From an uncultured Actinomycetes bacterium (GTDB lineage Bacteria; Actinomycetota; Thermoleophilia; UBA2241), in the NCBI GenBank assembly GCA_963767005.1, contig CAVYCN010000019.1, positions 63,611 through 95,610 of the forward strand: 32,000 nt of DNA, read 5' to 3'. The notes below the pieces were generated by a model. That model was not told where the DNA came from and did no database searches. It saw only the letters and a list, made by a program, of their open reading frames with translations. Positions 9,466-18,649 of the stretch are shown here, piece after piece. The translations under genes and the position numbers were made by a program. Position 1 is the first letter of the stretch; every line of letters begins with the position of its first letter.

Positions 9466-10493
9466 GGCCTCTCCTTCGGGTCGTCGATCGCGGTCGACCG
9501 GTCGTCGTGCGCCGCCCGGCCGTCGCCGGTGAGCTCGAGAAAGGCCTGCTCGAGACCGGCGCCGACGATCTCGATGTCGCGGGCGGCCGGCCAGCGTACG
9601 AGCAGCGCGCGGATGGCGGCGTCGGAGTCGCTGCACGAAAGCGCGACGGCCGCGCCGTGCCGCTCGACGGCGGCGACGCCGGGCAGCTCGCCGAGGGCGG
9701 CGTCGCCGGCTTCGGGCAGCGTGGCCTTGATGACCTTGCGACCGACCCGCGCCTTGATCTCGGTCGCCGGACCGTCGGCCACCACGCGGCCGGCCGACAT
9801 GAGCACCACGCGGTCGGCGTAGGCGTCGGCTTCGTCCAGATAGTGCGTCGCGAACAGCACGGTGGTGCCGGCGGCGGCGGCCGCCCTGATCGTCGTCCAG
9901 AAGGCGTGGCGCGACTCGACGTCCATGCCCACGGTGGGTTCGTCGAGCACGAGCAGCCCGGCGCCGCTCACGAGGGCGGCCGCGAAACGCGTGCGCTGCC
10001 GCTCGCCGCCCGAGAGCTTCTGCGTGCGCTGTCCGGCGAGCGCGGTCAGGCCGGTCGTCTCGAGCACCTGGTCGACGCCGAGCGCCGCCGGGTAGAGGGC
10101 GGCCGCAAGCTGTACGAACTCGCGCACCGACAGGTCGCGGATCAGCTCGCCGGTCTGCAGCATGGCCGCCACACGACCGCCGGCGACGGCCTCGACCGGG
10201 CTGCCGCCGAAGAGGGTGACGGCGCCGGCGTCGGGCCGGCCCAAGCCGAGCAGCAGGTCGATCGTCGTCGACTTGCCGGCGCCGTTCGGGCCGAGGAGCG
10301 CCACGGTCTCGCCGCGCTCGATCAACAGGTCGACGCCGCGCACCGCGCGGATGGCGCCCTGCGGCGTGGCGAAGGTCTTCTCGAGTCCGCGGGCGACGAC
10401 GCCGGCGGCCCGCGGCGCGAACGACACCCCGCGGAGGGCACCGACCGCCGGTCTCTCGCGGTCGCTCACTGCCATCGGCGCTTTGCGTTCCAT
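9462..10493 (-). CDS. ABC transporter ATP-binding protein
   Basis: Walker A LLGPNGAGKSTT, signature LSGGERQRTRFAAAL, Walker B LLVLDEPTVGMD, H-loop ATHYLDEADA; RBS-like GGGAG before ATG at 10493. Confidence 0.92.
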   Translation of the reverse strand: MERKAPMAVSDRERPAVGALRGVSFAPRAAGVVARGLEKTFATPQGAIRAVRGVDLLIERGETVALLGPNGAGKSTTIDLLLGLGRPDAGAVTLFGGSPVEAVAGGRVAAMLQTGELIRDLSVREFVQLAAALYPAALGVDQVLETTGLTALAGQRTQKLSGGERQRTRFAAALVSGAGLLVLDEPTVGMDVESRHAFWTTIRAAAAAGTTVLFATHYLDEADAYADRVVLMSAGRVVADGPATEIKARVGRKVIKATLPEAGDAALGELPGVAAVERHGAAVALSCSDSDAAIRALLVRWPAARDIEIVGAGLEQAFLELTGDGRAAHDDRSTAIDDPKERP

Positions 10494-10622
10494 CGCTCTC
10501 CCTTCGCGCGACCCAGGTGGGCCGCGATTCGATCGCCTGCTGCCCCCCGCCGCGCGATCCGCGCGGAGGCAGTCCGGCAGGGAGTCTAGGATCGGCGGTG
10601 AGCGGGCTGTAGTGCCGGCCGT

Positions 10623-10655
10623 CACCGGTCGCGCGTGACGTTTGTCACGCCGGTG
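10623..10655. repeat. Inverted repeat GCGTGAC-GTTT-GTCACGC with outer CACCG/CGGTG arms
   Basis: Perfect 7-bp arms at 10633-10639 and 10644-10650 plus 5-bp outer arms at 10623-10627 and 10651-10655. Confidence 0.75.
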
Positions 10656-12585
10656 GTCCCGATCGACCCCACCCTGACTGAAGGAAGTTGGCAAGGAGAT
10701 CGAGACCGGCCGGACTCAGCATGCTCTCCGGGTGGAACTGCACGCCCCAGGCGGGCAGCGCGGCGTGCGCGATCGCCATCACGAGGCCGTCGTCGGTCCA
10801 GGCGGTACGGCGCAGCTCGGCGGGCAGGTCGCACACGTGGAGCGAGTGGTAGCGCGTGAACGGAGCGGGTTCGGGCAGGCCGCGGAAGAGACCTTCGCCG
10901 CCGTGGTGCACCTCGTGAGCCTCGCCGTGCACGGGGCGCTCGGCGCGCGCCAGGCGGGCGCCGAGCGCCACGCCGAGCGCCTGGTGACCCAGGCAGACGC
11001 CGAGCAGCGGCAGCCGCCGGGCGAGGCCAGTCTCGACCCAGGCGAGCAGGCGGCCGGAGCTCGCGGGGTCACCCGGCCCCGGCCCGAGCACAAGGTGCGT
11101 GGCGCGGGCCGGCAGGGCGTCGACCGGCTCGCTCACGTGGTCGACGGTGACGACCGTGGCGCCCAGCATGCGCAGGTAGTCGACGATCGTGTGGCTGAAC
11201 GAGTCGTGGCACTCGACGAACACGACCCGCGCCGGGACACGTAAGCGAGGTCGAGGCGGCCGCCACGAGTGGTCGCGCACCGGCGCCGCCGGCGCGCGAC
11301 CCGAACGGCCGCCGCCCAGCACGTGGAGCAGCGCCTCGGCTTTGTGGCGAGTCTCGTCGTACTCGCTCGCCGGGTCACTGCCGATCACGGTGCCGCCGCC
11401 GGCCGAGATGTGGCCGCGGCCCTCGGCGACGGTCAGGCTGCGGATCAGGATGTTGAAGTCGCAGCGCCTCCCCGACACGTAGCCGAGCGAGCCGGTGTAG
11501 GCGCCCCTGGGCACCGGCTCGAGCCGCGCGATCTCGCGCATGACGCTCTCCTTTGGAGCGCCCGTGATGGTGCCGCCGGGGAAGATGGCGCGCACGAGTT
11601 CGGCGACCGACGCGTCTGAGCGCCCGCGCACCTCGCTCACCAGGTGCATGACGTGGCTGTAGCGCTCCACCGTGAAGGCCTCGCCGACCTCGACCGTGCC
11701 CGGCCGGCAGACCCGCGAGAGGTCGTTGCGCAGCAGGTCGACGAGCATGACGTGCTCGGCGAGCTCCTTGATCGAGCCGCGCAGCTCGGCCTCGAGGGCG
11801 GCGTCGGCGGTCACGGTCGCGCCGCGCGGCCGCGTACCGGCGATCGGCCGCGCGCTCAGCGTGTCCCGATGACGCTCGAAGAGCCGTTCGGGGCTGCCCG
11901 ACACGACGGCCCAGCCGGGTCCCTCGACGATGCCCATGAACGGGCTTGGGTTGGCCTCGCGCAGACGCGCGTAGTAGGCGAGCGGGTCCAGGTCGCCGGC
12001 CGCGAAGCTGAAGCGGTGGGAGAGGTTGACCTGGTAGACCCAGCCGGCACGGATACGCTCCTGCACGGCGAGGACGCCGGCGATGTAGGCGTCGCGAGCG
12101 TAGTCGCTCGTCACGGCGATCCGCGGCAGCGAAGACGGCAGGGGCGCGAGCGCAGCTCGAGACGCGGGCGTGGAGGCGACCCGCCCGGGCCGCATCCGTG
12201 CGCCGGCCGACTCGCGCCCGTCGCACCAAAGGCGACCGTCGTCGTACAGACAAAAGGCCGCCTCGGGCAGGCCGGGCAGGGGCGGGTTGGCCGGCAGGCC
12301 CAGGCGGCCGGCGAACTCGTAGCTCAGAAAGCCGATCCACACGGGGAAGTCGCGCCCGGGCCGCAACCCGCTCGCGAGTTCGTCGAGCAGGTCGGTCGCA
12401 GGCCCGATGCGCCGGCCGTCGCCGTAGAGGGAGCCGTCCCAGACCTCGAGCGTCCGGCGCGGCGCGACGCCGAGGAGGCTGCACCGCGAGAAGGGGGTCG
12501 GCGGCCCGAGCGACTCGAGCAGCGCGGGGCGCAGGCCGGCGGCGCGCGCCTGTGCGTAGGTGGTCGACGGGTCGGGCTGATCCAC
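10645..12585 (-). CDS. Anthranilate synthase-like / aminodeoxychorismate synthase, fused component I + glutamine amidotransferase
   Basis: N-term LLESLGPPTPFSRCS (LLES-X10-S), PIAGTRPRG, FPGGTITGAPKESVMREI; C-term GATase-1 GPGPGDPASS, LLGVCLGHQALG, VQFHPES; GTG start. Confidence 0.88.
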   Translation of the reverse strand: MDQPDPSTTYAQARAAGLRPALLESLGPPTPFSRCSLLGVAPRRTLEVWDGSLYGDGRRIGPATDLLDELASGLRPGRDFPVWIGFLSYEFAGRLGLPANPPLPGLPEAAFCLYDDGRLWCDGRESAGARMRPGRVASTPASRAALAPLPSSLPRIAVTSDYARDAYIAGVLAVQERIRAGWVYQVNLSHRFSFAAGDLDPLAYYARLREANPSPFMGIVEGPGWAVVSGSPERLFERHRDTLSARPIAGTRPRGATVTADAALEAELRGSIKELAEHVMLVDLLRNDLSRVCRPGTVEVGEAFTVERYSHVMHLVSEVRGRSDASVAELVRAIFPGGTITGAPKESVMREIARLEPVPRGAYTGSLGYVSGRRCDFNILIRSLTVAEGRGHISAGGGTVIGSDPASEYDETRHKAEALLHVLGGGRSGRAPAAPVRDHSWRPPRPRLRVPARVVFVECHDSFSHTIVDYLRMLGATVVTVDHVSEPVDALPARATHLVLGPGPGDPASSGRLLAWVETGLARRLPLLGVCLGHQALGVALGARLARAERPVHGEAHEVHHGGEGLFRGLPEPAPFTRYHSLHVCDLPAELRRTAWTDDGLVMAIAHAALPAWGVQFHPESMLSPAGLDLLANFLQSGWGRSGPPA

Positions 12586-12802
12586 GGCCGCTCCTTCCTC
12601 GATCGCTGCGGGCGAAGACGAGGTAGGGTGGCCGGTGGCCTAGAGCTTGCCTCGGTTGAAGCGTCCGCCAGTGTAGCCCCTCGGAGCACCCGCGCGCCAG
12701 CTGGTTTGGACCAGGCCTGGTCGCGGTGACGCTGTCCGACATGGCGCGGCGCACCGGCCGAGGTCGCGCCCGTCGGCGCATGAGCGCAGGAGAGACCGGG
12801 CA

Positions 12803-13939
12803 GTGACGACGACAGTCGGGGTGCTCACCGAGGTCACGCCGGGAGAGCGGCGCGTCGCCCTCGTCCCGGCGGCGGTCGGGCGCGTCGCGGGGTTCGGCGC
12901 AACGGTCGTCGTACAGGCCGGCGCCGGCGCCGGCAGCTTCTTCGCGGACGAGGACTACCGCCAGGCGGGCGCCGCCGTGGTCGCGGACCCCGCGGCGCTG
13001 CTCTCGGGCGCCGCCGTGGTCGCCAAGGTGCGGCCCCCCAACGTCGCCGAGGTCGCTCTCCTGCGCCCCGGCCAGATCGTGCTCGGGCTGCTGGATCCGG
13101 CCCGCGACCCGGGCCGCGTCGCGACCCTCGCCGGCGCCGGCGTCACGAGCTTCGCCCTCGAGCTGCTGCCGCGCATCACGCGCGCCCAATCGATGGACGC
13201 GCTCACCTCGCAGGCGGCGGTGGCCGGCTATCGTGCCGTCCTGCTGGCCGCCACGGCCCTGCCGCGCTTCTTCCCCATGCTCACGACGCCGGCCGGCACC
13301 ATCCGGCCGGCCCGGGTGCTCGTCCTGGGCGCCGGCGTGGCCGGCCTGCAGGCGATCGCCACGGCACGGCGCCTGGGAGCGACCGTCGAGGCCTACGACG
13401 TGCGGCCCGCCGCGCGGGAGCAGGTTGAGTCGCTCGGAGCGCGCTTCGTGGCCCTCGACGTCGACGCCTCCGCCGCGGGCGGCTACGCGCGCGAGCTCAC
13501 CGCCGCGGAGCGCGAGCAGCAGGAGGCCCTGGTCGCCGACCACGTGAGCGCGAGCGACGCCGTGATCACGACCGCCGCCGTGCCGGGCCGTCGCGCGCCG
13601 CTGCTCGTGACGGCCGCCATGGTCGCCCGCATGCGGCCCGGCGCGGTCGTCGTCGATCTGGCCGCCGAGGGCGGCGGCAACTGCGAGCTGACGCGGCCCG
13701 GCGAGACGGTCGAGCGCGACGGCGTGACCGTGCTCGGGCCGCTCGACGTAGCGAGCCTGCTGCCGGTCAACGCGAGCGAGACCTACGCGCGCAACGTCGC
13801 CGACTTCCTCGCGCTGCTCGTCCACGACGGCGAGCTCTCCCCGGCCTGGGACGACGAGATCGTCGCCGCGAGCCTGCTCACGCGCGACGGACAGGTGGTG
13901 CACGAGGCGACGCGGGCGCTCGTCGAGGCGGCCTCGTGA
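12803..13939 (+). CDS. pntAA: Re/Si-specific NAD(P)(+) transhydrogenase subunit alpha (part 1)
   Basis: VGVLTEVTPGERRVALVP, AAVAGYRAVLLAA, VLVLGAGVAGLQAIATARRLGATVEAYDVRPAAREQVESLGARFV. Confidence 0.92.
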   Translation: MTTTVGVLTEVTPGERRVALVPAAVGRVAGFGATVVVQAGAGAGSFFADEDYRQAGAAVVADPAALLSGAAVVAKVRPPNVAEVALLRPGQIVLGLLDPARDPGRVATLAGAGVTSFALELLPRITRAQSMDALTSQAAVAGYRAVLLAATALPRFFPMLTTPAGTIRPARVLVLGAGVAGLQAIATARRLGATVEAYDVRPAAREQVESLGARFVALDVDASAAGGYARELTAAEREQQEALVADHVSASDAVITTAAVPGRRAPLLVTAAMVARMRPGAVVVDLAAEGGGNCELTRPGETVERDGVTVLGPLDVASLLPVNASETYARNVADFLALLVHDGELSPAWDDEIVAASLLTRDGQVVHEATRALVEAAS

Positions 13940-14345
13940 GCGGCTGGTCCGCCCTGTACATCTTCTTGCTCGCGGCCGTGACCGGCTACGTCGTGATCGG
14001 CGCCGTGCCGGTCATCCTGCACACGCCGCTCATGTCGGGCGCCAACTTCGTGCACGGCATCGTGCTGGTCGGCGCGATGGTCACGCTCGGCCTCGCACGC
14101 ACGCCGCTCGAGGTGGGGATCGGCATCGTCGCCGTGCTGCTCGCCACTCTGAACGTGCACGGCGGCTTCGTCGTGACGGTGCGCATGCTCGCCATGTTCA
14201 AGAGCAGCGGTGAGCGCGCCGGCGCGGATGGGGGCGGCGCCGGGCAGTCGTCCGCCTCGCCGGCCGGCGAGGCGGACGCCGGCGCCGCCGCCCGCAGCGC
14301 GGGCGCCGACGGCGGCGCCCGCAACGCCGGCGCCGGACGGTCCTG

Positions 14346-14346
<1 letters not shown>
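13936..14346 (+). CDS. pntAB: NAD(P) transhydrogenase subunit alpha part 2 (membrane segment)
   Basis: LYIFLLAAVTGYVVIGAVPVILHTPLMSGANFVHGIVLVGAM; overlaps both neighbours by 3-4 bp. Confidence 0.88.
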
Positions 14347-15752
<1,406 letters not shown>

Positions 15753-15845
15753 CCGGCTGACGGAGGGCTCGAGAGGGAGCACGCACGCGGCGAGCCGCTG
15801 CGGACGCGACGCCGGCGAGCGCTACCGCTCGCCGTCGCCCGCGCG

Positions 15846-17807
15846 TCAGACGAGCGGCAGCAGGTGCGCCATGGCGCCGCCGACCAGCAGGGCGGTGACC
15901 ACGGTGCCGGCGCTGATCGCACCCGCCCGCCGCCAGCCGAGCTCGCGGCCCAGCATGGCGATCGTCGCCACGCAGGGCACGAAGATGGCGGCCACGAGAG
16001 CGTAGACGACGATCTGGTGGGGCGTCATGAAGGTGCGCAGGTTGTGCGCCCCGGCGCCGTAGCGCGCCACGGCGAAGACGACGAGCATCTGCAGGGCGAG
16101 CTCCTTGCGCAGGACGCCGAGCAGCAGGGTCAGTCCGGCCACGGCGGGCAGCCCGAGCCAGCCGACGACCAGTGGCGACAGCGGCCGCTCGAGGTGCCAG
16201 ATGAGTCCGGTCTCGTAGAGCGCCCCCAGGGTGAAGCTGCCGATCAGCATGATGGGGGCCGCGGCCCAGAGGAACTGAGCGAAGCGCTTCCAGGTCTTGA
16301 CCACGACCAGGCCAAGCGAAGGCCGGCGGAAGGGGAACATCTCCATGACGAGACCCTCGGGCTCACCCGGCAGGATGCGGTTGAGCAGCACGCCGGCGGT
16401 CAGGCCGACGAGGCCGAGGACGCCGAACACGAGCAGCGCCCACTGCCAGCCCACGAACAGCGACACCGAGCCGAGGATCACGGCGGTGCGCGCGCTGCAG
16501 GGCACGAGCACGACCAGGGCGCAGGCGATCGTGCGCTCACGCTTGGTGGCGAGCACCCTGGTCCCCATGATCGCCGGCACGTTGCAGCCGGCCGCCGCCA
16601 TCAACGGGATCACGGCGCGACCGTGCAGGCCGAAGGCGTGCATGAGGCGGTCGGCGAGAAAGGCGGCTGCGTTCATGTAGCCCGAGTCCTCGAGCAGGGC
16701 GAGCACGAAGTAGAAGGTCAGGATGTAGGGGATGCCGACGGCGAGCGCGGCGAGGATGCCGCCGTCGAGCCCCCAGAGCAACGTGCCGGCCAGGGCGCCG
16801 TGACCCACGAGGTCGTGCACGGCGGCGGCGAGCACCGGCGAGGCGGTCGCCGTCCAGGCCGCCGTCAGCAGGTTCGACAGCCAGCCACCGACGAGGAACA
16901 GAAAGGCGAAGACGGCGGCGAGCACGCCGAGCAGGATCGGCACGCCCGTGAGCGGCGCCGTCGTGGCGCGCCACCAGCGGTCGGCGGCCGGCGCGCTCGG
17001 GCGACCCTCGGTGCAGGCCTCGGCGACGGCGGCCGCGGCGGCGTGTCGCGCCGCGGCGATGGTGACGGCGAGCTCGGCCGGCGGCGCCTCGCGCGGCGCC
17101 AGGGCCGCCGTGACCTCACGGTCGCCTTCGAGCACGGCGAGCGCCACGGCGCGCGGGGGCAGGCCCTCGGCGAGGTCGTCGACGCTGAACGAAGCCTCGA
17201 GCTCGGCGAGGCGTTCCTCGACGGCCGGCGCGTAGCGCACGGGGCGGCCGTGACCGGCGCCGTCGCCGTCGGCGGCCACGGCGACGGCCGCGTCCGTGAG
17301 CTCGTGCAGCCCCTCGCCGCGCCGCGCCACGATCGGCACGACCGGCAGGTCGAGCGCCCGCGACAGCGCCTGCGAGTCGATGAGCAAGGACTGTCGGCGC
17401 GCCTCGTCGATCAGGTTCAGGGCGATCACGACGCGCGGACCGAGGTCGACGAGCTGCAGGACAAGGTAGAGATTGCGCGCCAGGTTTGTCGCATCGACGA
17501 CGGCGATGACCACGTCGGGCCGCCAGTCGAGGAGGCCGTGGCGCGCGACCCACTGATCCTCGGAGACCGGGTCGAGCCCGTACGTGCCCGGCAGGTCGAC
17601 GAGTTGCACCTCGCGGCCGGACCAGCACGCGTCGGCGATGTTCAGGCCGACCGTCATGCCGGGGTAGTTGGCGGTCTCGACGGCCGCGCCGGTGAGGCGG
17701 TTGAAGAGGGTCGACTTGCCGACGTTGGGGTTGCCGGCCAGGGCGACGACCAAGGCGCTCGTCGAGCGCCGCTCGGTGGCGAGGTCGGTGCAGCAGGCGG
17801 TCGCCAC
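15846..17807 (-). CDS. feoB: Ferrous iron transport protein B
   Basis: ALAGNPNVGKSTLFNRLTG G1, VDLPGTYGL, Gate domains IPLMAAAGCNVPAIMGTR and LVPCSARTAVILG. Confidence 0.94.
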   Translation of the reverse strand: MATACCTDLATERRSTSALVVALAGNPNVGKSTLFNRLTGAAVETANYPGMTVGLNIADACWSGREVQLVDLPGTYGLDPVSEDQWVARHGLLDWRPDVVIAVVDATNLARNLYLVLQLVDLGPRVVIALNLIDEARRQSLLIDSQALSRALDLPVVPIVARRGEGLHELTDAAVAVAADGDGAGHGRPVRYAPAVEERLAELEASFSVDDLAEGLPPRAVALAVLEGDREVTAALAPREAPPAELAVTIAAARHAAAAAVAEACTEGRPSAPAADRWWRATTAPLTGVPILLGVLAAVFAFLFLVGGWLSNLLTAAWTATASPVLAAAVHDLVGHGALAGTLLWGLDGGILAALAVGIPYILTFYFVLALLEDSGYMNAAAFLADRLMHAFGLHGRAVIPLMAAAGCNVPAIMGTRVLATKRERTIACALVVLVPCSARTAVILGSVSLFVGWQWALLVFGVLGLVGLTAGVLLNRILPGEPEGLVMEMFPFRRPSLGLVVVKTWKRFAQFLWAAAPIMLIGSFTLGALYETGLIWHLERPLSPLVVGWLGLPAVAGLTLLLGVLRKELALQMLVVFAVARYGAGAHNLRTFMTPHQIVVYALVAAIFVPCVATIAMLGRELGWRRAGAISAGTVVTALLVGGAMAHLLPLV

Positions 17808-17814
17808 GGCGCCC

Positions 17815-18471
17815 TTAGGGCCGCACGAAGATCTTGCCGGCGACCTCGCGGCCGAGGGCGTAGCGCGCCCGGCCGACGCGCACGAGCAGCGGCCCGCCGA
17901 ACGGTGCGACGTCTTCGACGGCCACGGCCGTCTGCGGCAGCAGGCCGAGCGACGAGAGGTAGCGCAGCAGGTCGGGCTGCTCGTCGGACACGTACGAGAT
18001 GGTGCTGCGCTGGCCGGCCGCGAGCTCGGCGAGCGGCCGCGCCTCGTCGACCACGAGCTCGCCGTCGGGCGAGGGGATGGCGCGCCCGTGGGGACAGGTC
18101 TGGGGGTTGCCGAGCTGCGCGGCGAGGCGCTGCTCGACTTCGTCGGACAGCACGTGCTCGAGCTTGCAGGCCTCGTCGTGGACCTGGTCCCAGGGGAGCG
18201 CGAGATAGTCGGTGAGGAAGCGCTCGCTCAGGCGGTGACGGCGCACGAGGCGCAGGGCCTCGCGGCGGCCCTGCTCGCTGAGCACGATGTGGCCGGCCGC
18301 GTGGCGCTCGATCAGGCCTTCGGTGGTGAGGCGGGCGACCATCTGCGAGACCGAGGGGGCCGCCAGACCGAGCTCGTCGGCCACGCGACCGACGGTCGCG
18401 CCGCCGGACTGCTCGGCGAGCTTGAAGATCGCCTCGAGGTACTCTTCGCGGCTCTCGCTCTTGACGGCCAT
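17815..18471 (-). CDS. DtxR-family iron-dependent regulator with C-terminal FeoA-like domain
   Basis: SREEYLEAIFKLAEQSGGATVGRVADELGLAAPSVSQMVARLTTEGLIERHAAGHIVLSEQG; C-term FeoA-like YALGREVAGKIFV; 7 bp from feoB start. Confidence 0.9.
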   Translation of the reverse strand: MAVKSESREEYLEAIFKLAEQSGGATVGRVADELGLAAPSVSQMVARLTTEGLIERHAAGHIVLSEQGRREALRLVRRHRLSERFLTDYLALPWDQVHDEACKLEHVLSDEVEQRLAAQLGNPQTCPHGRAIPSPDGELVVDEARPLAELAAGQRSTISYVSDEQPDLLRYLSSLGLLPQTAVAVEDVAPFGGPLLVRVGRARYALGREVAGKIFVRP

Positions 18472-18494
18472 GCAGGTCTCCCTTCGCTCTGCGA

Positions 18495-18513
18495 TTAGGA
18501 TAGCCTACAGGCG
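18495..18513 (-). promoter_or_regulatory. Putative DtxR/IdeR iron box
   Basis: Minus strand CGCCTGTAGGCTATCCTAA matches 12 of 19 positions of the IdeR/DtxR consensus TTAGGTTAGSCTAACCTAA, concentrated in the centre and one half; located 24-42 bp upstream of the regulator ATG. Confidence 0.6.
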
Positions 18514-18525
18514 TTGCTTCGGCAA
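18497..18525 (-). promoter_or_regulatory. Putative promoter of dtxR-feoB operon (TTGCCG-N17-TATCCT)
   Basis: -35-like TTGCCG (complement of 18520-18525), 17-bp spacer, -10-like TATCCT (complement of 18497-18502) overlapping the iron box. Confidence 0.5.
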
Positions 18526-18527
18526 CG
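18512..18527. repeat. Short hairpin CGTTGC-TTCG-GCAACG
   Basis: Perfect 6-bp inverted repeat with a C(TTCG)G loop on the + strand, overlapping the putative -35 region. Confidence 0.6.
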
Positions 18528-18542
18528 GCTACCGATTTCTTT

Positions 18543-18649
18543 AGTCCGACAAAATGGACTACGTTCGGCGCCGCTCAGGCGGGCGCGACTGCGTTGCGCG
18601 CCTGGTCCGACGAAAGGGACTACGTTTGGCGCCGCTCAGGCGGGCGCGA
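18543..18649. repeat. 61-bp-period tandem duplication spanning the hutH stop codon
   Basis: 18543-18588 and 18604-18649 match as (A/G)GTCCGAC(A/G)AAA(T/G)GGACTACGTT(C/T)GGCGCCGCTCAGGCGGGCGCGA. Confidence 0.9.

Noticed and set aside
9466-9636. N-terminal extension of the permease ORF back to 9636
   Set aside because: Overlaps the ATPase coding sequence and is arginine-rich; the real start fits the ATGA overlap at 9465.
11375-13903. 842-aa - strand ORF crossing the fused synthase and pntAA
   Set aside because: Out of frame with the fused synthase and antisense to pntAA; arginine-rich artefact.
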